A stretch of 64,000 bases of DNA, from the NCBI GenBank assembly GCA_965113315.1, contig OZ220370.1, one strand, 5' to 3'. The DNA comes from Podarcis vaucheri (lineage: Eukaryota). Within the stretch, counting starts at the first letter, position 1. Each line of letters starts with the position of its first letter. The notes beneath the pieces are model-generated. The model was given only the letters and a program-made list of their open reading frames with translations. It did no database searches and had not been told where the DNA came from. The translations under genes and the position numbers were made by a program. Shown here piece after piece: positions 39,569-50,717 of this stretch.

Positions 39569-41163
39569 TATCAAGAATATTCAATATTGTCAAGGCTGTG
39601 GGAGAGGCCCACACCATCAGCAGGAAAAATGCTTTCCACAGCTGCAAGCAGTTCCGAGGGAAGGGCCATGGGTCAGCCATATTCGTATATGGTGAAGGTT
39701 CCAGGTTTTGTCTCAGGGACAAAATATCTCAGGCAGTGGGACCTTGAAAGATGTCTGACCCAAGATCTCAGAGAGCTGCTGCCAGCTGAAGTGGACAATA
39801 TTGGACAAGATGTATTAATTCCGTAGGAGTAGCTGCAGGGCTTCATTTGCACGCAGTGCCAAGCCAACTATGACTTAGTGTGAACATGCAAGCATGCTAG
39901 TGCAATTAGTAAATCATGGCAGCCTTGCTTCTTCCCCACTTCTGCTGCCACCATGCTATGGAAGCTAAGCCTTGGTTTGGTTTAGCATTACAGCCCAACT
40001 CAAGCTCATGGTTTGTCTCCTCCAAGCAAATCACAAGTCAATTTCATTTAGCTCAGCAAGTTCTCTGGAAGTTCAAAAAGTCAAGTACCATTTCCTACCA
40101 CAAACAGAAGTTTAGCAGAAGCCACAATGTATTGAAGACTCATTATACAAAGCTAACTATAAAACCAGCCAAAAAAGAGAGGAAACTTTGTTCAGAATGC
40201 TGACCCTGAACCCCAATGCCAACTGTTCTAGCAATGAGGCTGTGGCCATCATCATAGAGAAATGACAGCTGTTATTTCCAAATGCATTTTTGAAAGAGGA
40301 ACAAATATAGCTCTAATATGTCTTCCATTTTTCCTCTAGGGCATCTGACCTGCACTGGCCGCCAAGGCTGCCCTTAGCTGCCGAGTCAAGCAGACTTTGT
40401 CTTTATTTGATGAGACCTGACATTCAGCCCCAAATGTTATTAAAATGTTAGCTTGCTTCATATCATTAACACAGTTGTTCCTGAACGTATCTATTCCCTC
40501 CTTTCCATTAAAATAGCTAAAAATAGATGTTCAAAGACTAGGAAATTGCCAGAAGCTCTCTCTCACTACAAGTCCTTTTTTTAAATACTGAACACCAAGA
40601 ATATATTTGCCATGCCAATATTTTTGCCAAGGAAATGTTAAGGTGAACAACTCACTGATTTGAGTATGACTGAATGCTCCGAAAGCTGAAACAATCCTAG
40701 GACAAGTTATCCAAAGGGTGTTTGGCATGTCTGCCTTTTCATATTCTTTTCTGCAGTGGACGAGATCTCTGCCCATTTCAGTACCTGCTCCTAGGCTGCT
40801 GCAGCTTGAGGATATGCAGGCACTACAAATTTGCCCACTGAGAGTGAGATGCTGGTGATCTCCATGTGACCAATTAGGGGGTTAATAAATGAAAACCATA
40901 AGCCTCTTGTTCCTCAAATACAATTGTGAGCAATAACTTATTACACACATTAACATGGTTCACATTATCAATTCACAAGCGATGAAGAAACGTCACTGCG
41001 CAGTTAACCTCTAGCATCACTTCTGTTGAGACAATAAGGGAGCAATCCTTATTGGCATAAAGCAAGCAGGTGTAAGTTAAGTCTGCGTTGGGACAAAAGG
41101 CAGTATAAAACAGAAAATAAAAAATGCAATAAATAGCTGCTGTTTTACCAACCCCAAACTTAC

Positions 41164-41248
41164 CTCTAATTCCTTAATTTTCTCTTCTGCTATTTTTTGT
41201 TTGTCTAAGAGTTGGCTATGAATTACTCCTTTGGACTGAAGGATAAAC
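41164..41248 (-). CDS. PFDN1: Prefoldin subunit 1, exon 3
   Basis: Acceptor ttgtAG|G, donor GAG|GTAAGT, 85 nt. Encodes (M)FILQSKGVIHSQLLDKQKIAEEKIKELE. Confidence 0.97.
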
Positions 41249-43420
41249 CTACAAAGCGTGAAAGAAAGAGAAAAGAATATGGCAGTATATTCAGCATTCA
41301 TGAGTTGGTGCTGTAAATAACCAAATAAAATCTTAATGAAAAGGACACTGAATTCTACATTGACAGGCTTGTCTTCCATTCAGAGCATAAAGTCAGCTTG
41401 TCCTATGAACCTCTACTGGAAAAGGATTCTGGATATTCTGTACAGCAGGACTGCCAGATGTTGCTGAACTACGTTTTCCATAATCCCTGATGATTATCCA
41501 GTGCTCCCTTGCCATTTGTAACACCATGAAAAACAACCGCTCCCTATTTTCCCCTCCAAGATTTTCCTCATAATTAGAGGCATTATGCAAGCCACACCAT
41601 GGGTACCCAACAGTCCACACCCTCCAGGCTTGATGCTGGCGATAGTAACCTCCCAAGATTTGCCTCTCTTCTTCTAGCTTCTCTCCTTGGGGATAGACCT
41701 TGGGGATAGCATAGAATCATAAAATCACAGGATTGTATCATTAGAAGGGACCCAAGGGTCATCTAGCCAAACCTTCTGCAATGCAGGAATCTCAACCAAA
41801 GGATCAATGACAGAAAGTCCACAACCCCCCAATATTCAATTGAATCATTTTTGGCTCTCTAGTACTGGTGCTGTTGCATATTTTGGTGGTTTATGACACT
41901 TTACTCTTATTGCTGGTTGTCTTATTGTGATGTCTGTTTTCCATATTTTAATGCTTTTATTTTAACACCATTTTACCAAGAACAGTGGGCTGACATCCAC
42001 CGCATTCACACAGTTGAGACTAGAGACACCTCCACCCCCTATTTGCGCTGGGGCTGCATTCTTTGCCCCCATGCATGTCAGTGGAGCATGCATAAGCCCA
42101 CCCAACCCCAATCCACCTTCTTCCGGGTCCAAAATTACCTGCACCATCAGCAGTCATGCTTCAATTAGTTATGTAATAAACTGATTAGGACAAGATTGTC
42201 CTAGGAACCTTGTTGTACAACGCCCTAGAAATGTGATATGACCTGCCAGAAAGGAGAACTGTTGCTCAGTTTACTACTGATACACAGACTCTGAAAAGTT
42301 GAGCAGACAGGTACATACCTGTCTCTACTGTTGCCACCTTTTCCCACTAATCTTGCTCCTTTACCTTTACAGCAGTGGGGCATGCAGAAATTTGCCAGTT
42401 GAAGCTTTCCCCAGCATGAAGACACAGTGATGAGGGGGGGGGGGGAAATCACCTGTTAAACTTATTGTAAAAGGTATAGGGGCAGGCAGGTTTTTTCCAG
42501 GAGGTACCTGTCCTGAAGGTATGGAACGTAATTTGCCTTACATCTAATATTTCCATTAACTTGCCAGGGGGCAGGGCTGGTCTAGAGCTCCAACATATTA
42601 TATTACTTAAGTAAACAGAAATAACCATACAGCTTCCAAATGGGACTTCTTGCATTGCTAGACACTTAACTAGAGGGTAGATTTATACCATTGTTCAATG
42701 TCTTAAAAAATATTGTGGAGCACCTCTATAAAAGTGTTTGAAATAATATGGCATTGACAAAGGAAGAAAGGGTTTGGCTCTGAAACACTACCAGGGCAGA
42801 ATTAGGGGGAAGGCAAACCTTATGAATATCCATTTATAAAGGGGTTCAATTTACACTTTACAGAACATGTAAAAAAAATATTTGAAAATTCAAGGCTAAA
42901 GCTGCATTTTAACAAGATGCATCCCAGCATCAAAAGAGAATTAATGCATCAAGACTTCCACTTCCTTTCTACCTTCGTTTCCTGCATCCTTTCATGCAAG
43001 AAACACCAAACAAAAGCATAGTTTAGCCTTCGTAGGCTTGTTGCCTGTGCCAGGGCTTGTGCTGGCACACATCTTCTAACTGTGGTTAAGTGAGCCACAG
43101 AGGCCTGTAGGACCATACAGTCCCTTCCCTTCCAGCCCTTTGCCTCTAGCCACTTTCTTTTCTCATGTGAATCCCACATCGCATGCCTTCCATTTTTACA
43201 TTTATTTCTGTAGTGTGTTAATTCATTAAACGTGTTGATTTATTTAGCATTTAAAAGTATTCAGTATGAAATCAATCCATAATACTCTTACATTTACATT
43301 TGTTTCTAATAATATGTATAGTTCAACATTCTCTTGTATCTTGGTAACACCAGCGCATGATGAAAACACCAAACCTTTCAATAAAAATATGACTGAAGAG
43401 GAATAGGTCTCACATGATGT

Positions 43421-43547
43421 CCCTCTAGTTCAGTATGGTCTATGCTGATGGGCAGCAGATCTCCATGATTGTTACCTGGAGATGGTGGCAATTGGACCTG
43501 GGACCTTTTGCATACAAGGCAGATGCTCTGCCATTCAGCTACAGCCC
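43421..43547 (-). mobile_element. tRNA-derived squamate SINE fragment
   Basis: Minus strand gggctgtagctgaatggcagagcatctgcc...aggtcccaggtccaattgcc gives a degenerate A/B-box head. An older related copy lies at ~39660-39815 (+). Confidence 0.7.
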
Positions 43548-43618
43548 TTTCCCATTGGGGTGTCTATCTTCCTTCACCCTAACTATCTCCCAAACCCTTA
43601 ACGTTCGATAATCTAATG

Positions 43619-43754
43619 CAGGCATAGACAAACTCAGCCCTCCAGATGTTTTGGGACGACAATTCCCATCATCCCTGCCCACTAGTCCTGTTAGCTAGGG
43701 ATGATGGGAGTTGTAGTCCCAAAACATCTGGAGAGCCGAGTTTGCCTATGCCTG
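43619..43754. mobile_element. Short palindromic hAT-type MITE
   Basis: caggcatagacaaactc...gagtttgcctatgcctg with a perfect 8-bp TSD atctaatg (43611-43618, 43755-43762). Confidence 0.92.
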
Positions 43755-45204
43755 ATCTAATGGCATACTCCGTTTATTTTCAAGGATGACAAACCATTAT
43801 GCAGCTAGCTGTTAAAAGATACCATTTCTCTATCATCCAATACAACTAAATCTTTACCATAACCAAATAATGTAACTAATCAGTATGACAGTATTTCACC
43901 TCCAGTTATAGTTTCACTTTCTTTTAATATAGCTGCCCCAAAGGTTCTTTTAGGAGAGGACCAAAATATGATACATATCAATATTAATTGTCTTAAAACT
44001 CCATATTATATTATTTGCTCCCCTTTTGATGCAATTATACATTTAATATTTTTTAATAAAAGTTTCCTTTCAAATTTATACTAATAGCTTGTTAAACAAA
44101 TTGCCATAACCATTTCCTTAGATCTAGTGATACCTCATGTCTCAAATCTTTTTTCCATTTTATTTATAGGTGTTTGCTGAAATATTTTTTATCAATGAGC
44201 ATTCTGTATAACTTGCTCAATAGTTTTTGTGCATGAACATTCAACAAAAAACTTTCCAACTGTTATTCTCAGCAACGGCCGTACTTCATCGCTAAAGTAT
44301 AGGCGATTTTTCTTAACTGCAAATATTTTGGGGAGATGAAGGGTTGTTGCATTTCACAACTGATTGCATAATATTTAAAAATAATCTCATTTTTAACAAG
44401 GGTTGAATATTAGATGGATACTAATATTAACCGGGAATAACACTAAAAAGCACTCCTCCTTAAACAAGATTGGAAACTTCAGGCGGTTCCAGGCCCTTGT
44501 GGTGGCAACAATTGTCCATGTTGTGATGAGGGAAGAAACCCCAAAAGGGCAGCATCACTAGGAGCTCTCCAAGGTGCTGTTCTGGGTGCTGAACTTGTAA
44601 GCTTGGCAATTACCCCTGAGGTGGCAAATACAGTCCAATGTCTCTGTGCAGGCAGAACTTAAATGACCAGCATATATCCTCGCAGTTAGTTGATTTCAAG
44701 GTTGCCAAAAACAGTATCTTTCATCCAACGCGAGGCAGCCCACTAACAGGGCCTCCACTGGTAATCAAAAGGCCTGTCAGTTGATAACAGAAGTGACCTT
44801 TGTGCTTCTGTTTGATTCTGAATCAGAGGCACAAGTGTGAGATGTGAGAGACCTGGCTTGGAAGCAATACAGTGGGCCAACCACTTACACAATGGTTCAG
44901 TTCCAGGGGTCCATGCACAAAGGCAAAATCATGTAACGCCACGAACCTCTGGAACCACCCCCTGCCCTGAACAACCATCCTTACCTGTCTGGGGCAGACT
45001 TTGCCCTCAGCCTTGCTTACTGGGCTCTGGGAAGGTGACACAAGGACCCTGGCATGCTTCCAGAGACCTGAAACAACCTTCCCAGAGCCCAGTAAGTGCT
45101 TAAATGGGTTTTTCCCATTTATTTATTTATTTAGCAGTCATGTGCCTAAGGTCATGATTGCATAAGTAGATTACATTTGAGTTGTGGCCTCACTGTGCAT
45201 ATGA

Positions 45205-45675
45205 AAAGGATCTAAGTGTTTTAACTGACCATAAGTTGAATGAGTCAGCAGAACTATGTGGCTGCTTGAATAGCTAACGCAATCCAATGTGGTTGAAAGA
45301 GCTGGGTATGTTTAGCCCGGAGAAGAACATGATGGTCTTAAAATATCTGAAGGGCTGTCTCACAGAAGATGGAGCAGGCATGTTCTTCACTGTTTCCGTG
45401 ACAGGACTAGAACCAGTAGGTGGAAGTTGCAAGAAAGAAGGTTTCAATTTAACACTAGGAGAAACATCCTCACACTAAGAGATAATCAACAATGAACCAG
45501 ACTGCGTCAGGAAGTGGTGGGCTTTCCTTCCTTGGCTGTATTGATGTAGAGACTGAAAAGCCATCTGTCAGGAATGCTGCGGGTGCATCCTTCATCGCTT
45601 TAGAAAAAGAATCCTGCATTGAGCAGGCATTGGAATAATGTCCTCCAAGGTTCCTTCTGTCACTATGATTCTATA
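45205..45675 (+). mobile_element. Old, internally deleted CR1 3' fragment
   Basis: LKELGMFSPEK...LKYLKGC-like translation and a ctatgattctat tail. Confidence 0.8.
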
Positions 45676-45782
45676 ACAAGCTCAAAACAACCCCTCTTCA
45701 GCACCACAAATCCAACTCAATGGTGTAACATTGGAAAAGTGTCAATCACTTCTCCTATCTGTGCAGTATTTCCACAATAGCT

Positions 45783-46197
45783 GACATTGATGTTGAAATC
45801 CAGCATCGCCTGAACTCTGGGAGTGCAGCTTTCTCTCAGTTGAAGTGTAGAGTATTTGAGGACCAGGACATTCGCAGGGAAACCAAAATGCTTGTTTACA
45901 AAGCTGTTGTACTACCAACCTTCCTGTATGCTTGTGAAACATGGAGAACAGCCTTTACCAAAGCTGTCATGGACTTTGAAGATATCAAACTCAGGACGAA
46001 AGGGAGAAACATGCTAAGAGGAAGGCACATTTGGCAAACCCTCACCATGATCAACTCCTGCCCAGAAACCTATGCCCCCACTGTGGAAGGTCATGTGGAT
46101 CCAGAATTGGCCTCCACAGTCACTTACAGACACACTGTTAAGACTGTGTTCATGGAAGACAATCTTATTCAGCTACGAGTGATCACCAAAGAAGAAG
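45783..46197 (+). mobile_element. RTE-clade LINE 3' fragment with internal deletion
   Basis: RVFEDQDIRRETKMLVYKAVVLPTFLYACETW is typical of the RTE ORF C-terminal region. Ends in a gaagaag tail. Confidence 0.8.
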
Positions 46198-47752
46198 TCT
46201 ATTAGACAACAATGGAAAATATAGATGGCAAGCTACACCTGAAGTCAATCTCTCCCAAGTCACTTCTTACGTACCAACAAGACTGTTCCCATTGATAGCT
46301 ATAACTTGATAGCCAATCTGACCTACATTACTGTATATGTGCAGCTGATCCCACCTCTGCCACCAGAATGATGCGAACCCCCTCCATAGACCCCATATAC
46401 TCTATAACTAGCACAGTTAGTTTAGTGTTTTTGCATGAGCTGAACAAATAAGAAAGGTTTATAATACAGAACAATGTTGGTAAAACCAATGATTTGTCAG
46501 GAGATAAAAGTTCTTTCAGAAAACAGTTAACATTAATAATTATACGAAAATGGATGTTACAAGCCTCTCAAAGGGTAGTAAACACACAGCTTCTTTTAAA
46601 CTTCAGTTGCTTATTTTCAGTTATTACTCTTCGGTTTGGTGTTACAGGTTTCTAGACTAGTTGGTAAATGCTTAGCTTATTTCACTTCAGTTTCTTAACT
46701 TAGTTGTTGCATGGGTGTTACAGCTTAATACTTTGGTTCTTAAACAAGGTGGTACTTTCTGTCAGTCTTCCAACCTTTTATCAATCACAGTTTGAAATAC
46801 TTCTAGCAGGATAACAGACACAGGGGATCACCACACCCCTCTTAACTGGCTTGGGATTCTTCTCTGTCTAGAAGATCTCTCTCCTCCTGAGTGACCCAAG
46901 TAGTCTGTATGCTCCTCACAGCTTCTACTTCTCCTGGCTCAAACTCAGCCCTCTAGTTAACTCCTGTCTGAATACCAGGGGTATGCAACCTAAGGCCCGG
47001 GGGCCGGGTGCGGCCCAATCGCCTTCTCAATCCGGCCCGCGGATGGTCCGGGTATCAGTGTGTTTTTACATACCGTATTTTTCGCTCCATAGGACGCACC
47101 TGACCAAAAGACGCACCAAGTTTTTAGAGCAGGAAAATAAGAAGAAAAAATCCAACTCAAATGTTGTACTAAACTATTTAAAACAGCAAAGTGGGTGGCT
47201 CCTGTCCACTTTGCTGCTTTAAAGCGAGCCACAATATATAATGAAGAGAATGGAAAAAGGACAGACATTCCATTATAATGTAGCTGTTTTCATCATCACT
47301 GGGAAGTCAGTATTGGCAGCAGTCACAAAAATTAAAATTTGAGCATTTTACTGTTATTAATCAAGAATATTTATAGTCAGGGAGAGAAACCAGGGCTGTG
47401 CAAATGAGAAGTGCTTGGAGTATGGAGGAACAGCAAAGAGATCAAATGATTGCGCTCCAGTTCCTAAATCTCTGAAGTTTTCTCAAAACAGGCCTGGTTG
47501 TTTTGAAAGGAAGATTCAAAATGGAGTGACTGAGCAAAGAACAGAGGAGGAAAAGAGGGCAGATAAATAGCTTCCATTCAATACCAAGAGAACACAATGT
47601 TTTTGGTTTGGTATAGGTGGACTGTACTTGTAAGAATTTGTATAATGAATTATAGAGTTGGAGTGGAATATCAGAGCCTCTTTTCAGCAGTAAAGATTAG
47701 CTGCTAGAAACATGGTCCACACACAAACACACAGGATGTCTGGTTATAGTTG

Positions 47753-47984
47753 CAGTTACAGATAGGTAGCCGTGTTGGTCTGCCATAGTCAAAATAAAAA
47801 AATTCCTTCCAGTAGCACCTTAAAGACCAACTAAGTTAGTTCTTGGTATGAGCTTTCGTGTGCATGCACACTTCTTCAGATACAGAGCAGTGTATCTGAA
47901 GAAGTGTGCATGCACACAAAAGCTCATACCAAGAACTAACTTAGTTGGTCTTTAAGGTGCTACTGGAAGGAATTTTTTTATTTT
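47753..47984 (-). mobile_element. Penelope-like element remnant with inverted terminal repeat
   Basis: 12-bp TSD tggttatagttg (47741-47752, 47984-47995). 95-bp inverted repeat 47790-47884 / 47891-47985 with one mismatch. Carries a hammerhead motif, as known for Penelope-like elements. Confidence 0.8.
47846..47883 (-). ncRNA. Minimal type I hammerhead ribozyme motif
   Basis: Minus strand GUAU-CUGAAGA-A-GUGUGC-AU-GCACAC-GAA-AGCU-C-AUAC. Contains CUGANGA core, stem II, GAAA, palindromic mini stem III, UC cleavage site and 4-bp stem I. Confidence 0.72.
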
Positions 47985-48224
47985 GGTTATAGTTGTTTAG
48001 TTTAAACTGTTACTGAGCCAGATGCCTGCTCGGTTTTAGCTGAGCTCACTAATACTGAATTGTGGAAATGCTTTGCATGTATTTATGACTATTTCTGCAA
48101 AACGGCTACCTGAAGAAATCCCCAAACTTAATATTTTTAAACTTCAAACGGAGCTCAGAATCCGGTTAGGCAATCCTTTGCAGTTGAATTAGGAGGCACT
48201 GAGAGAAAGCAATTTGCTGCTCCC

Positions 48225-48900
48225 CACCCCCCCTCCACCCCAGGATCACACAGCCTTCCCTCTGCTTGCAAACCTTGTGGGAGCTTCAGGGGGAATGCAA
48301 ACGCTATAGGCAGAGCAGTGTGGCTCCCCCCCCCCCAAAGAGCACCCCAGGAGCGCAGGGCAAAGACGCACAGCCTTCCCTCTGCTTGCAAACCTTGTCG
48401 GGGCTTCAGGGGGGATGCAAAAGCTATAGGCAGAGCAGTGTAGCTCCTCCCCCCCTCCACCCCAGGATCACACAGCCTTCCCTCTGCTTGCAAACCTTGT
48501 GGGAGCTTCAGGGGGAATGCAAAAGCTATAGGCAGAGCAGTGTGGCTCCCCCCCCCCCAAAAGCACCCCAGGAGCGCAGGGCAAAGACGCACAGCCTTCC
48601 CTCTGCTTGCAAACCTTGTCGGGGCTTCAGGGGAAAGTAAAGGCTGTAGGCAGAGCAGTGTAGCTCCTCCCCCCTCCACCCCAGGATCACACAGCCTTCC
48701 CTCTGCTTGCAAACCTTGTCGGAGCTTCAGGGGGAATGCAAAAGCTATAGGCAGAGCAGCGTGGCTCCTCCCCCACCCCCAAAGAGCACCCCAGGAGCGC
48801 AGGGCAAAGACGCACAGCCTTCCCGCTGCTTGCAAACGTTGCCGGGGCTTCAGGGGAAAGCGGAGGCAGCCGGCAGAGCACCGTGGCTCCTCCCCCGATC
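48225..48900. repeat. Higher-order GC-rich tandem repeat (alternating ~120 and ~101 bp subunits, ~3 dimers)
   Basis: cacagccttccc recurs at 48249, 48369, 48471, 48590, 48690 and 48813 (spacing 120, 102, 119, 100, 123). Confidence 0.93.
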
Positions 48901-50475
48901 CCCGAAGAGCAGCCCAGCAGCGTAGGGCAACAGCGATTTGGCTCCAGGGACCACACATTCGCTCCATAAGACGCACAGACATTTTCCCTTCCTTTTTAGG
49001 AGGAAAAAAGTGCGTCCAATGGTGCGAAAAATACGGTAAGTAGAATGTGTCCTTTTATTTAAAATGCATCTCTGGGTTATTTGTGGGGCATAGGAATTCG
49101 TTCATTCCCCCCCCAAAAAATATAGTCCAGCCCACCACATAGTCTGAGGGACGGTGGACCGGCCCATGGCTGAAAAAGGTTGCTGACCCCTGCACTAAAC
49201 ACTGTTTTCCAACCTAAGCTCAGAGACTCCTTTCTCTAGCTGTAGATATTTCCCTCCGAGTGGATGTTAAACACACAGACCAGAACCAACTCCCAACTCC
49301 CTCCTGCACTCTCTTAAAGAATCTCTGAATCCTCTCTCAGAAACCACTCCTTTTAATTCCCCCTCAAAGTGCCATCACCCCTCCCTCTAGCTGTCTTGGT
49401 AGCCAATCAGAGAGAGGCCCCAGCACTCTGGTGGAATTCTGAGGCTTCGAGAATTAGACTCTCTAATTAGACTTAGAGAGTCTAAGAATTAGTTAGAATT
49501 AGACTCTGGCCTGACTCAGCTGTCCATCACAATATGCATGGTGGTGATTCATCTAAAACCATCTTCTTCACAGTATGCATACATTTATGCACCAGTCTTT
49601 CCCAAACGGGTGCTCTTCAGATGTTTTAGGCTACATCCCTGCCCACTGAGCTGCAACACAAAACATCTGGAGAGCACAAGATTGGGGAAGGCTGATACAT
49701 ATATACAATGGCTTGAATCCTAAATTAAGTAAACTTGAGAAAGTTCACAGTAATAAAATTTTTACTCCTCCAACTATCTGTTGTCAATTCCTCACTCCCT
49801 CAGAAGTGTCCAATCCCACATTGTTCAGAAGGAACCACTAACCCTACAGAGAGAATTTTTGAGGGTTAAATGTGGCTGCAGAGAAACAGGCAAAGACAGG
49901 AAACTTCCCTTCTGTGAATTTTTAAAAATTCAAGCCAATATCTATATAAAATAATGCATCCAAAATACAAGATTTTAGGCATCCAGCCCTAAAAAGTATT
50001 CACAAGAACAATACTATTTTTACAAAGAAAGCTAGCAGTACATGGTGGGGAATGATGAATTGGTGCATACTATAAGCAACTAGTATCCATTGCTCAGAAG
50101 ATAGTGCAGGCTTCTGGCATCTTGCCAGTACATTTTAATTCTGTGAGTTCATATTCTTTTGAAAGACTTGTTATGTAGCCTGATACACTCATCCACACCA
50201 ATGTCTAGTTTTGCTGCTTAAGCTATTTGTGAACTGACGTCAACATTTTACTTTGAGAAGTATGATGAAAGTTCAAAATGCACAGTGGTCCTGTCTGAAT
50301 CTTTGCAGATGTTTCCCTTTACACCATCTGAGCACACAGATAATTAAAAGAACTGGTCAGAATACTTATATTCCACACATTGCAAAGCTCATGGAATTTC
50401 TTATCTTGAGACGTTAAAACTGAAATAAAAAACTTTTTCACTGGAACTGTTGAGTTATGGGGAATCAGTCCTATA

Positions 50476-50717
50476 CAGCGGTACCTTGGGTTACAAATGC
50501 TTCAGGTTACATACGCGTCAGGTTACAGACTTCGCTAACCCAGAAATAGTACCTCGGGTTAAGAACTTTGCTTCAGGATGAGAACAGAAATCGTGCTCTG
50601 GCGGCGCAGCGGCAGCAGGAGGCCCCATTAGCTAAAGTGGTGCTTCAGGTTAAGAACAGTTTCAGGTTAAGAATGGACCTCCGGAATGAATTAAGTACTT
50701 AACCCGAGGTACCACTG
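50476..50717. mobile_element. Tc1/mariner-type MITE, family B
   Basis: TIRs cagcggtaccttgggtta / taacccgaggtaccactg, TA on both sides. Confidence 0.9.

Larger units (their letters stand above)
47073..49036. mobile_element. pogo/Tc1-type non-autonomous element (1964 bp) with cargo
   Basis: TIRs ccgtatttttcgctccataggacgcac / gtgcgtccaatggtgcgaaaaatacgg. TA duplicated at 47071-47072 and 49037-49038. Confidence 0.9.
46976..49192. mobile_element. hAT (Charlie-like) MITE split by a 2-kb insertion
   Basis: 46976-47072 joined to 49039-49192 reconstitutes the reverse complement of the 59929-60180 MITE (caggggtatgcaacc...ggttgctgacccctg). 8-bp TSD not recognisable. Confidence 0.88.
46340..49531 (-). 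mobile_element. Solo LTR (~980 bp net), split by nested insertions
   Basis: TG...CA termini with 5-bp direct repeat atatg (46335-46339, 49532-49536). Both halves have similar CT-rich composition. Orientation is inferred. Confidence 0.55.

Noticed and set aside
43765-44460. AT-rich stretch resembling a decayed minus-strand L1/Tx1 ORF2 (similarly ~50960-51340)
   Set aside because: Too degenerate to support a family call or boundaries without a profile search.
48155-49043. 275-aa and 167-aa repetitive ORFs
   Set aside because: Translations of the higher-order minisatellite inside a TIR element, with no splice or domain support.
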